Shown here one piece after another: positions 51,052 through 63,600 of a DNA stretch of 64,000 nucleotides. The position numbers and the translations under genes are program-made. The notes beneath the pieces are model-generated. The model searched no databases. It saw nothing but the letters and a program-made list of their open reading frames with translations, and had not been told where the DNA came from. Source of the stretch: Cystobasidiomycetes sp. EMM_F5 (Eukaryota); assembly GCA_051047955.1 (NCBI GenBank), contig JBPGPT010000009.1, positions 186,001 through 250,000 on the forward strand, read 5' to 3'. Within the stretch, counting starts at the first letter, position 1; every line of letters begins with the position of its first letter.

Positions 51052-51339
51052 TTTTGGCCACTCAAATCCCATGGCATCCCAGTAATTAGCTTCCAATTTC
51101 CGCCTCTCGTTCTTCCAACAACCACTGCATTTCGTCAACGTCAATGGCCCTGTTCAGCACGGACGGTAGCGAGTGAGGTACATATGTAGAGCATTGCCGA
51201 GCAATGAATGGACAGCAGTGTCAGCGACATCAAATCGCGGACAGTAATCAGTATATGCATTCTCACAACGCTCTATTCGTGCTGCATTTCGTTCGTCTAT
51301 AGCTACACAGATGGCGGATATCGCTTGTCCCTAGGAGGG

Positions 51340-52435
51340 TCATACAGCGGTGGAGCTGCTCGCAGCACTCGATGTACTAGAATAATTTGCCATTGCATTC
51401 TTCTCCTCTAAAATGCTAGGATCGGTCTTGCACATCAGCCAGACTGGAATGAGAAACAGCCGAATACTTTAGAGGTTGCAGAAATTAGCCAGCGATCTGT
51501 TCAGAGAGTGTGCGCACATACATTGCAGCCACTCCCAGAGTACAAGCAGATCCGGAGCTTGCCAAGACGATCCGAGAAACGAAGGATCCGGAGAGGAACA
51601 GCAAGATGCATAAGATACGATCATCACGAGCAGGGTACCACCTTTTGGGGCAAGGAAGAACAGCTAGCGATGTCCACAGGCTTGTCAAGACGACTGTAGC
51701 CGTGAACTAACACCTCCATCAGCGACCTCGAATTCATTATACAGTCTTCGCAAGCTCACCCCAGTTCCGAGGCTTTCGCCCACAACTCCTTGCATACCAA
51801 AGCTGGCACTGAGGAGACCGATGGCAATGAAGCCAGCAGCATTGTGCCAAGATGGTTGTGATCGGTCGAGTGAAAAAGCTGGCTCCTTGCAGTAGTCTGA
51901 ATGGTGACTCTTTCGATCAGTTCGTATATCGCGCTGCTGACCGCACGACGCACATATCGCTACTGCTGCTCCTGCCGTAAGTAATGCTTGTATCAAGGCA
52001 GAGAGGGAGATCGTTGCTCGCGACCGGCGCGTCCATGGGGATAACCGACCTGAGATCTGAGCAGCAATTGCGAAACTCGCGACGGAGCATAGAGCTTGAG
52101 AATCGTTCACCATAAAAGCACCCGGACCACTTGGACTTGTACACAGGTGTCCGTCAATGGGTAATACCGCTAGAGAATGTAATAAGACACTTACTCGTGG
52201 GCCAACCGGCCAAGACCCATGGCGACTTGGACAGTGTTACCAGTCTGGAAGCCGACCCAGAGTGAGCAAGCTGAGAACGACACGCAGGCAATGACTGTGC
52301 AATGGCGCGTTAGTAGGGGACACGATTTAGACGCAAGTTGCCCTTACAGCCACTAATAAAACACGCTACCGCCAGCGGTACGCGCGTGCTTGACTGGTCG
52401 AGGTCTTCTAGGAGCCAACGAGACACCCTGCTCAT
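51340..52435 (-). CDS. DUF1275/YoaK-family integral membrane protein
   Basis: WVGFQTGNTVQ, SFAIAAQISGR, ALIQALLT, LLSASFGMQG, TVVLTSLWT, RDDRILCI; multiple TM segments. Confidence 0.85.
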
Positions 52436-53155
52436 CGTCGTTCGATATGAGTTCTGTAAGAAGTGCGCCAGGCAGCAGATACGGCACTCAGAAAAGGCCT
52501 GTCATCTGAATGCGATAACGAAAATGAAGTTGTTTTCGTACGACATGGGCTAGCGCTGGGTGGATGGCGGGAATTTTGCATAACAAACTCGAGCCAAGAC
52601 TCGGGCAGCGAGCCACCTATGTAGACGATGCCACATCGGTGTTAATCTGTCGTTAACCAAGGATATCCGCTCAGTCCTACGCGTTATCAGCTATTTCATC
52701 TCCGCCAAGACGTCGCTAGTTGCTCTGTGCTGTGTTAGTGCGAGGGAAATTTTTGCGAGGCTGGTACGACATTCGTATGGGATGCGAGAGTGGAAATCGA
52801 TAGGCAATTCTGCAATTCAGCGTCATCGATGGTAAACGTGCGGTTTGTGAGAAGCAGAGTCCGCAACATGCGTGGCAAAAACATCCGAGTCGACAGCAGG
52901 AGAGATCAAACACGGTAGCTGTAGCCTGGGTCACTCGCTGGCGATACAAATGAACAGCAAAAGACAGAAAGCAAATGTGATGTCTATTAAAGGAGGAAAC
53001 AGAAAACAACGTGTCCATGAAACCTAGAAAGCGTCAACTTAAGCAAACATTCGCACTTTCGTTTATACCACTCGACCGTCGGACTGGCCAGCTGAATGAA
53101 GGTCTGCAACGGTGTCGTGAAGCAACCGGTCGCGAATAGTGTACAGTACTAGCGT

Positions 53156-53731
53156 TTATCTTTGGCACGGTGACGAATTCGGTACCCAGTAGAACCGCGA
53201 GAATAGCGCGGCGGGAGCGTTGCTTTGGTCGAAAGGTGGAGGAGAGGATGCATCGCCCTGCTCAGCTGCACCGTATGTATAGCAAGTCTGTGCTGCTTCA
53301 TCATAATTGCCACCCAGGCAGGCCCCCTTCTCGTCACATTGATTGAGGCAGTCCTGCATGCTGGGTTGAGGGGCAGTTTCAACGAGAATGTTTGTTTGGC
53401 TGATGTATTTGGAGTTGGTCGTGACGTCGTAAGAATAACCGCATTGAGTACCGGCGCTCTGCACGCTGGTGGTCTGGACTAAGGTTGGTGGTGCAGAGCC
53501 CTGCGGGTTGTCCTCTGCAGAATTTCGGGAGTCAGTAACGCCAGCGCTGGGCCACGAGCATCGTCACAATCACTCACGGCGTCGGACACGACTAGCGGGG
53601 AGAAATGCTGGACGAGCAGGAGGGAGCCCTCGGGCGAATCGTTGGCCATTGACACCAGCAGTAGCGGTTGGTGCAGATGCCGCATGCGCGATTAACGCGA
53701 GAAGAGATACGAGCAAGCTTGAGCTGTGCAT
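53156..53731 (-). CDS. Small secreted Cys-rich protein with an ARGLPP propeptide and PAN/apple-like domain (3' end uncertain)
   Basis: MHSSSLLVSLLALIAHAASAP signal; NGQRFARGLPP; VRR|Q Kex2-like site; DCLNQCDEKGACLGGNYDEAAQTCYTY. Confidence 0.7.
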
Positions 53732-54499
53732 TTTGAAGCGCGCAGTGTGGGGTTGTGTCGTTTTTGATGTTCACGGGATAAGTATTGAGGGAGGAGCCAA
53801 GCGAGTCTGAAGTGAGTGGGGATTACTCTGGGAAATGACTGTGGTGCTGTAGAAGCGTGGTGCAGGCGTAGTTCTGTAGGGATATCGTGGGATTAGATAT
53901 TGGGTCAACGGTAAATTGGGAAAACAGAGCAGAGAAGGACAATGGACAGTCGGGTTGGTCAACGCGGTCAGTCAGCATTCATGCGCAAGGTGTATGAGAT
54001 ATGCACAGCGTCGGCCAGTCTTGTCACTTTCACGTCCTGAATCGTCATTCCATTCCAGCATCTTGTTTGACGCGACCTCGACGAAGGCATGCGAACTGGC
54101 GCGTATAATAGTGGCCAGCTACGGCAGAGCAGTCGAGCCAGTCTATATTGCACAAAGTACGGCCGCGGGCATACTAGTACTTCCTTGCATGTCTCCGAGT
54201 CGGTCACCCGGGCGACAACACTGTTTCCAGTTTTTATTGGGGACAAAGGTTGTTGGCAGCGGGCCACCACCGCATGTCGTGCACAAATTTATCGCATTAT
54301 TCAATGCTAAGTACAACATATTACTTTCGATCTCAACAACGCCTGTTTCGAAAACTTGACACGCACGGTGATTCCTAAGATTCTGACTTTGATATTAGAT
54401 TGTCATTCATGAACACGCACTGGCGATTACCCTCCTCGTACGACGAGGTCATCACTGCGGAAAGGTCTGCGCTGCCCGCTGATAGACAGATACTGCAGT

Positions 54500-57258
54500 T
54501 TAATGTCCCCATTCGCGTTGGTGAGCTACAGGCTTCATGTTCGCAAGGCGCGAAGGATGGATGTAGGGAGACTGTTTTGACGAACGTAGTTCAGCCAAGT
54601 TCGAGTCATTTCAGCTTCTATCAAAGCTTACGGCTGCTTTCTTCTCATTACTGTCTGCGCAGGCCGCAGTATGCAACGCAGGCGATCGTGCTGCAGGAGC
54701 AGCTGAGAGAGGTTTCCATCCCGTGGTGTAGCTTGGAATAGCCTTCATGTGATTGGTAGCAGGCTGATTGACATGGTGTGACACAGGCTATCGAAAAGTC
54801 AGCGTAGTCTGCAGACCAAGTCTCTCGCATCTAACGGACCTGTCCATTAAAACCTTGATCTGCATACGATCCCTTGTGAGGGTATGCCTAATGTCAAAAC
54901 GGGTTATGTCAGGACCGGCCAATTTTGTGTGGCCACCTAAGCTTACCTCGATGTGGAAACTGCTGGTGTTGAGATCTGCTGGCTTATAAGTTTCCCAGGA
55001 CACCCCATTCTGCCAGTTACCACTTCTGTTCGTATTGCCATTATCATTAGTGCGACCCATGTGGCCATCCCCAACGGCGCTCGATACTTCTCGCTCTGGG
55101 CGAGAATGGGCCTGCAGTTGTGCATTCAATCAGATATGGCCCGAAACCGACCAGCACGTTAGCTTACCAAATTGCCTGTTCTAACTTCATCAGTGCCAGA
55201 ATGGATCACGGGAAGAGCGCGTTGCTCAACGCGGGCTTGTCTGTCTGCCATCACCCAGCCATTCCAGGTAGGGTTGCGTTCACTGATATGCTTCGCCTCC
55301 TCCTCTTCCTCGTTGTACTCCCATCCAACGTGCTTGACGTTCTTGACATTAATCGAAACATCTGTGGGAACGAGTGTCGCATCCGATGCCGCCCGCGACA
55401 GCGTCTGGCTGAACGAGACTAGGGTTGCATCGTCAGGAATGGTACCATGGTGGGGTGAAGCTATACCGTCGTTGCTTGTCTGCGTTGTTGTAGATGACTT
55501 AGAAACCATCCAGCCGGAACTTTTCATAGCTGTTCGATTGGCTTGTAGGGCAGGGATTGCATGTTCTTCGATGTCTTTGACTGTAAGTTTGGGAGCTGTG
55601 GCTTCGATGACTATTTAGCAAACATCGTCAGATAACTTCGAAGCAAAGCCAGAAGAGCAAAGAACTCGCCAGCCAGCCTGGCTAAGGCACGCTCGCTTGG
55701 GTACTTGACAGTGACATTGGATCCGCCAGATCCTGCTGCCTCTCCGACTGCTCCTACCTCTGGGGCCTCATCTAATTGCAAGCTAGTATCTGGTGTTACG
55801 TCCCAACCGTAGCGAAAGTTGCTTGGGATCGGCTTTTCGCCGACAGAGGAGAGAACAGATACTGTCGTACGGCGACTAGATGCCACAGACGGAACCTGAC
55901 TCTGGCCAGTCATTGCTCGTGCTCTAAAGGCAGGTGTGGAAGGGGTAGTTTCAGTGACACCGGGGCCCCACCCGTATGCAACGTTGCTTGGGACATAACC
56001 GTCAGGGAGAGCTGGCGCAAGGCTATATGTGGAATCGATTGTGGAGCGACGCGAGTTAGCTTGTAATTCCGACGTAACGTTCTCGTCACTGAGCCTATCA
56101 GACGATCTCGACTGGATGCTGAGCGGATGCTGAGCTGTAGTGTCATCCATTGAGGTCTGCATGACGCTCTGCTGGGTGTCATTGATCTTTCGTAGAACAA
56201 TTCCCGCAGAGTCGCCTGGATTGCTGTGAACTTCGGGCAGTCGCTGTCCACATTTGTCGCAAGTGACGCGCTCGAGACCATTGTCGATGAGGTATTGATC
56301 TAGATCGACAGAGCGTAATGCGTTGGGGTGCGGTGTTTGGCCCCGCGGAGAGGCTCTAGACTTGCCAGTAGCATCTGTGGCTGCAGGTATCGGAGGGATG
56401 CTAGGTCGGCCCAGAAGCCATGGAGAAGAACTCTGATGTTCGGAGCCACCTTTCAGTACGCGACTGGATGTGGAAGGGCTCGCCTCTGCTACATGGGTGA
56501 CCTGCCATAAAAGCACACAAGTATGAGTGATGCACCATGCGACGGTTTGCAGGCCGTGTAGAAGCTTACTTCAAAAGAGCTAGGACCTGCAGGGATGGAC
56601 TTGAGATATTGATCTACCTTGTCACCCGAAATGAGTTCCATCCATCCACTGTCTGCAGATGTGTCTTTAATCTTGATAGCATCGTCATCGTCATCCCAAC
56701 CGCTGCCTATTGTCGCAGTCGTTTGAGCATCATTCGAAGATGCTGCACCTTTGCCATAGTCGCCGAAACTTAGTGGCGTATGTCTGGCATTGCATGAGCT
56801 ATGATTGTTGCTCTGGGAACGGCGAAGTGACCTAAATCAGCTGATCGACGAAGAGTGCGGTCTAGTACAATATTACGAGTGGCGTGTCATGATAATAACG
56901 GCATAGAGGATTTGCGGGAAACCGAGAAAGGACGAGGAGAGAGGATCTGTAGTATGGCAAAAGTGTACACGATTGCTCACCTTGATATCGTTTATGACTC
57001 CCTGATCATCTTCGTTCTGTACCTGTGCATTCCCATTTGCCGATAACTGCGCGGTCGGTAGGGGAATAATGCAAGGGATCGATAAGCAGGAACATGAAGA
57101 CAACAAACGGTATGAAGCCGTCATCGAAAGCTAGGCTGTTGGAGTGGACTTACGTGGTTGACTTGATTTATCGTGCTGCGTTCATCGGGTCTGCAGACGC
57201 TTGTCATAGACTCGCCTCGGTACAAGGGTGGTACAAAGCCAGGTCTAGAATACGGCAT
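54500..57258 (-). CDS. Orphan intrinsically disordered protein with dispersed GW motifs (9-exon model)
   Basis: Exons join in frame from MPYSRPGFVPP to SPYIHPSRLANMKPVAHQREWGH* via GTAAGT/GTGAGC/GTAAGC donors; Ser/Thr/Pro-rich; no recognisable folded domain. Confidence 0.65.
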
Positions 57259-57793
57259 TCTAGAGAGGGAGTGGATGTGTGGCAATCGATTAGTCGACGT
57301 CTGCGAGAAAGCCGGTGCAATGTGCAATCGTATAGTCAGTATCTCTGCCCGCTGGACTCTCAAGAAGATCAAATCGGAGCAGAGACAAGAAGGATAGATG
57401 GGACGTCTGCTTTTAAGGCGACGAAATCTGCGGGGGATCCGTACGAGTAGTAGTGGCTAGCCAGCTCTCGGTGAACAGGCCTCTGCCTTGAGCAGACATT
57501 TAGTTGGGTTGAAATATGAAGAATCCGAGCTTGTCCATAGCGCATATTTCAACCAGTTCAGGTGCTGGAGAACGGCCATTCGCGCGTCCGTCAAGTCAAA
57601 GCATCCGAGCCTGAACGGGGTCTGTGCGCGCTGACAGTTGACGCGTCATTGCGGGGGCATTTGGATATCCTTGGTGCCGGACTATGCGTGCTTGACAGAG
57701 ACTAGATAGCGAGGCACTTCAGCGACGCCGTCTGTACTAGTTTTCCGCCAGTTTTCTGGCTCAGGACGTCAGCAACTCGGCAACTCTCCCGCT

Positions 57794-59346
57794 ATGGCCC
57801 AGCTCCCAAGCTCCATGAAGGCTGTCATTTTGATCAAAGCTGAAGGTTTGACAGAATGTCCATAGCTGATGTGCTCGACTGCTGACATGCGGCATGTTTG
57901 GAACGCAGGCAAGCCCGGGCAGGTCTGGCACAGCGCCGAGGTCAAGGAAGTCGGAATACCCAAGCCGAAAGATGGGCAGGTCCTCGTCAAGCTGCAAGCT
58001 GCTGCTATGAACCACAGAGAAGTTTTCATCCGCCAATGTAAGCTTTCCGTCCTGGTTTCATCAAAGTGGTCTGCGCGGTCCTTCGCGTATTTGGATACCC
58101 GGTGACTGATCTCCACACTGCTACATAAACCTCTCCTTTCTAGCACTATATCCTGGCATTGTCTTTGGTATGCTTCCGACGTGCCCTTGCTTGCTAGAGA
58201 AACCTGACTTACCAGAATGACTTACTTCGGACGATCATCAGATTCCATCCTAGGAGCCGATGGTGCTGGCATAGTGGTCTCGCCGACATCAAGCCCACTC
58301 AGCGGCAAAGCAGTCGTAATTTGCCCTTTTGTGAACTGGAAGTCCTCGTCCTTTGGTCCGGAAGGACCAGAGGAATTTGGCATTCTTGGCGGAACAAAGC
58401 AAACACAAGGAAGAGGCACATTTGCTGAATATATAGCGGTCGACGAGGAAGATTGCGTTGAAGTGCCCGCGCACCTGCTGAAAGGGGATGGCAAACGTGG
58501 AGGCTGGGAAGCCGCAGCGGCAGCACCGTTGGCCGCACTGACGGCTTACAGGTAAGCTATGATTATGAGTATTTGCTCGTGTCATGCTCAGCTCTGGGGT
58601 AATCTGTAAAATCTTTCAGAGCCACTTTTACGAAGGCTGAAGTGGAGAAAGGCCAGAATGTGCTTATAACTGGTATCGGCGGAGGGTAAGCCAGATACCA
58701 TTTTCATTATGGCTGACATGGCTCAGCGACATGTGCAACAGAGTCGCTATCCAGGCGTTACAGTTTGCAGTCGCTGCCGGTGCCAATGTCTATGTGACAT
58801 CTGGTACTGCTGACAAAATCGACCGAGCCAGAGCCATGGGTGCCAAAGGAGGTGTCAGCTACAAGGACGGTAAGGCGTCTTGACGAGCATGTCAACGATA
58901 GCAGAGTATATGAACTGATGGAGAGCCATACAGAGGATTGGGCTAAACAACTGGCTAAATTGCTACCCAAAGACAGACCGTACTTGGACAGTGTCATCGA
59001 TTCTGCTGGCGGAAACATCAGCAGCCTCCTGGTCCGAATCCTGAAGCATGGTGCTAGAATTTCTGTGTATGGCCAGACAACCGGCAAACCACACGCGCTG
59101 GGAATGGCTGAAATTTTGAAAAACATCGAATTGCGGGGATCGACAATGGGATCAAGAGAGGAATTTAAGGCTGCAATTCAATTCATCAGTGATCACAAGA
59201 TCACTCCTGTGGTCCACACTATCGTTGACGGACTGGAGAATGTGGAGACATTGTTTGATGTGATGAAAAAGGGCGAACAATTTGGAAAGCTCGTCGCAAA
59301 CATAGGTGTAGGAAGAGTAGGAGAGACAGCAAAGGGCAAATTGTGA
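57794..59346 (+). CDS. Medium-chain dehydrogenase/reductase (NADPH:quinone oxidoreductase-like)
   Basis: VLVKLQAAAMNHRE, ILGADGAG, GTFAEY, PLAALTAYR, VLITGIGG|GVA, GSTMGSREEF, QFGKLV. Confidence 0.92.
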
Positions 59347-59480
59347 TGGTAACTTGCGTTAACCCGTGCGCGGAAGCGCTTTGACTATGATACACCGAAG
59401 GTTTGGCCCAACTTCGTTCTGATTCACTTGGAATCTTTTGCTGTTTATGCTCTTTGCTGTTTGTGCTCTATAGCTTTGAT

Positions 59481-60412
59481 TTACTTGCTTTCTGACTACG
59501 AGCACAGTCAGTCGACAGATCAAAACACTATGGGTTTCATCTCACCTTGCTCCCTGCGCCGATGGTGCCTTTCTGACCGTGGTGATCCTCTTCGGACATT
59601 TTCTTGCTCTTTTCTGGCATCTTCTCCCATTTGTCCATACCGTCGTGCACGTCAATCGCACGCAGCGCGTAAAAGATGTGCTTGTTGGGTAGGAATGGTT
59701 GACGATCTTCAGGCTTTTTGAAGTCCCACACGGACGGGTACCTTACGACAACACTTTTAGCCAGACAAAGCCATCAATGACATGTGACCTACATTAGCAT
59801 CATGTTGCGACCTTCATCGGCGAGATGACTGTGGCATCGAGCACAAGAGAGCTTGCAGGGCAACTCATGAACAGTCTTGTTGTCGGAAGTTCGGTAAAAG
59901 TGCATTTGGTCCGGATCGGCCTTGATGTGGACATCGGTCTTCTCCAGTGCAACAGACCCTGTAATCACTGTCAGCAACGTCTGTGTACTCGTCTGAATGT
60001 TCGACTAACAATGCATTGCACTACCGTGCATTTTCTGACAGTCGTCGCAGCTGAGGACGTTGCAGAATATTCAGTGCGAGGTCCCGGCGCAAATCTAGGA
60101 GTGCTCTCACTGGCAGAACTTTGCGTCCTTGGGCTCACTTGCATAGATGTCGATTTTGACGTCGCCGCAGTGACAGCCGCCGGTAAATTGAACCTTTCTT
60201 TCGGCATCCTTCTTTTCTAGCGCGTAGGGCGGCTTGCTTGCCCAGTCCTTGTCATCTTGACTGTCCTTGTCTTCGCGAGGTCTCTTATTATTGTCTTTAG
60301 CCATGCTTGATTTCAGAGTGGTTGTAAACGTCCGGACAGCCTGGGACGTGGGAGAACGCGCGGTGACGAGTCTGAGTGAGGAGGTTCGGATTGGTCGGAG
60401 TACGATTTGCAT
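59481..60412 (-). CDS. GFA/CENP-V (Mss4-like) Zn-binding protein
   Basis: FTGGCHCGDV, AKFC|..CQ, SCARCHSHLADEGRNMM, PNKHIFY...DGMDKW. Confidence 0.85.
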
Positions 60413-60639
60413 GCAACACGCACAATGAAGCGGGTGTACAAGAGACAGCCTATCGAATCTCGATGCGGCCGATCCTCGCGTATCGCAAAACAAACCGCGA
60501 CGTCAGGGGTGGCGTCGTGCAAGCAGAGTCGCGAAGCAAGGTCATCGATACAGAGTGGAGAATACACTGAGATATGGTCTTGCAATTTGGACATTGATGT
60601 ATGGAATCACTACCGAACTACTGACGCTCAACGCGAACG

Positions 60640-63600
60640 CTACCCTTCCAATACTTCCAGCAAACCAGCAATACGTGACCGGTTTGTGCCCGCCTCTATT
60701 AGCGAAAGAGATAGTTAGAAGAGAGTAACCCACACGTCAAGTCACGAGCTCAACTCACTCTTCGTGACATATTCCTTCAAACCATCTCGCAAATCGGGCT
60801 GCTTAGTGACTAGTTCCTTAATCTGGTCTTTCGGTAATTGCATGACCGCACCGAAGGAGTGGGGTGCGATGGTTTTGGCGCAACGGATAAATCCTTGCCA
60901 TAATTGAGGCATTGTCCAGATCTTTTTCGTGATCAAGCGCGACAGTAGCGTATTGGACACGTACGGGATGAGAGACTTGTATGTTGTGACTGCTTGTATG
61001 ACCGTTCGCAAAAAAAGGGTCGGTAGATTTGGTTCGTCGACGATCTGTTGCATGAAGGCTGCTAGAACCTCCGGTCGGAATGCCTCTGTCATACTGAAGC
61101 AGATGCCGATAGCTTTCATTCAAATAGACATGTTAGTATGCGATAGCCAGAAGCTCCATCTTCGAGAGCCTACCTTCAATGGTCTGCTTGAGACCAATCT
61201 CCTTCTCCGAGAGGTGCAACAACACCAGCAGTTCGACAGGGGTCAACAGCTCTGATTGACGAACGCGTGGGACGTTAGTAGACATGCTGCCGAATGATTG
61301 AGGAGGTGTTGTGACGATTGATTGAAAGACTGATCGAATGACATCTTTGCCAGGTTGCTTCCCATCGAGCATTGACAATATGCGAGGTAGATTCTTTGTG
61401 ATTTCCGCTTTGTCGAATTCCGCTATGATGGGCATCATAAACCTCGGTGAGAGTTCCTTCTCGGACGCAAGTCGTTTGATCAATGCCGTCAAAGCAGCAG
61501 GCAATTTTCCCTTGTCGGTAAGAATCGCTAACACTCGGAATACCAGGTCCTCCGAACCATCTGGATGATTTTCGACTATGTCGAGGATCTTTGGATGATT
61601 CGGGCCGAGCGAGCGGATGAGAGGCGTGAAGAGAGTTTGTATAGTTTCTTGAGTCTCTTTCGACATACGAGGGTATGATGCAAACAGTCTAGACCGATTC
61701 GATCCGCATGTCAGTGCGGGGTGCCATCGGCTGTAAACAATGGAGCTTACTCGTTCAGCAGCTGAGGTGCCTTGCTGACAAGACCAAGGAGTAACTCAAT
61801 ATGCTGCGCCACCTCTGCTTCAGTCGCAGCGCTCGTCATGCCAGAGATGATCTTCCCGTTCTCGACAACGGTTGGTTCGTTGGTCTTCGCTTCAGGGGAA
61901 GCCGTACTGGCTTGTGTTTTCTGGTCACTGTCATCAGTCTCTAGCTTGACGGAAGGAGATGCAGATTTCGAGCTATTGGCCTCCGCAGCCGCGGACGAGG
62001 TTGTCTCCAGGCGCTTCAGCAAGTACAGTGCGAAATCGAGTCCTGCCTGGGCGAGGTTGTCAACTTCATTTATCCACTTCTTCATGGTAAGAATCGCAGT
62101 GTTGCGTGTAGGCTTGTTTGGATGGGTAGCTAGGGCCAGCAGTAGGTCTATTGCTGCCTGACGTAGTGGTGGCCGTAGCATAGCTAGATCTCGCAGAGTC
62201 AGGAAACCGATTTTAAGTCTGTTACAATTGTGAAGTTGAGCAAGCTCAGCAAGCAATACGAGAGTGAAAAGAAGACACTTACGTTTGTGGCTGAGTGCAC
62301 ATGGCACCCACTCTTTGCATTTCGGACTTTGGGATAGATGGAAGATCAATAAAAAACTGCGAGAAGGCTGTACTCTTCTCTTTGTCTATGGACGAAGTTG
62401 AAATTGCATCAAGAAGCTTTCTCAACCACTTCTCGTAAGCCGGCGGAACTGGCATGAGCGCGGCGGTATCCGCTTCGGATTGATCTCCAGAAGGTGTTGT
62501 GTACCACTCCTCATTCAGCCAGAGCTTGGCGAGGTCGATTCTGCGTAGCGGACTTGAGCATGCCTGATCTGGCAAAATTAGCAGATGCAGGCTTACCTTT
62601 CGGCCAAATCGCCCGTAACATAATCAAAAATCTGTTTGCGTATGGCCTCCTTCTCGGCAGCTACTTCTGCCGTCTGTTCTGTACCCTCTACGAGACCTCG
62701 GGTAGCTAGGCGTGATGTTAACTGTAGCCAAAGATCTTTGTTGCCACCGCCAGCTTGAACAGCGGCACCTGAAGCGATACCAACCGTGCAGATCCGATTG
62801 ATGGCCGTATGCAATAATTTGATCTTGGCTTTCTCAGATATTACCATCCCAATACCGGCAGAGTCGGTCCCACCTTTGCTATTATCCACGCTTAATGACG
62901 TTGGCCCCACACGAGAACCCGGAATGCCAGACTCATCTCGCGCAGCTTCGGCCTCTGCTTCCGCTTCAGCAGCTGCTAGCGCTGCCTTATCTTTCTTCTC
63001 ACGTGCCTCGGCATCTCGCGCCCTTCCTTCGAGATCATCTTCATCGACTTCCAGCTTGAGAGGATCAATAGCAGCCGAATCTGTTTGCCGAACAGGCTCG
63101 CCGCCGCCTAGTGGAGTATGGGCTGCTGGACCCATTCCCTCACGAGCGCGATCTATAGCCATGCGCAGGGAGTCCTCGGTCATGACTTGCAAGTTCGCAA
63201 TAACGAGTTCGAGAACTGTCACTGCACTTATTTGCGTTACATCGTAATCACGTATGCCTTGTGGTACAGCTGTTGCGGCCGCATTCGCAAACGCCTGCCG
63301 TATCAGGGCCATCTGTGTCTGTAACTCTTGCCGTTCGGCAGGCGGAAGGATACCTGGAGGAGGCGTTGGTGTTGAGGCATTTGCAGTGCCTTCTAACTTT
63401 CTCCGCTTAGCCTGTATAAAGTCACCTTCACCTGCAGTCGACAGTTCATCTACTACTCGAGCCCGTTTGAGCGGAGCCTCCTCCTCCCGTCGCCTATGCT
63501 CAGCCTCGTGTGCAAGACGCATGCGTTGATCTTGTCTTTGTAAGCAGTCATTGACTTGTTGTGCGTAAGAATTGCCGTGACCCGACCGCAGTAAATGCAC

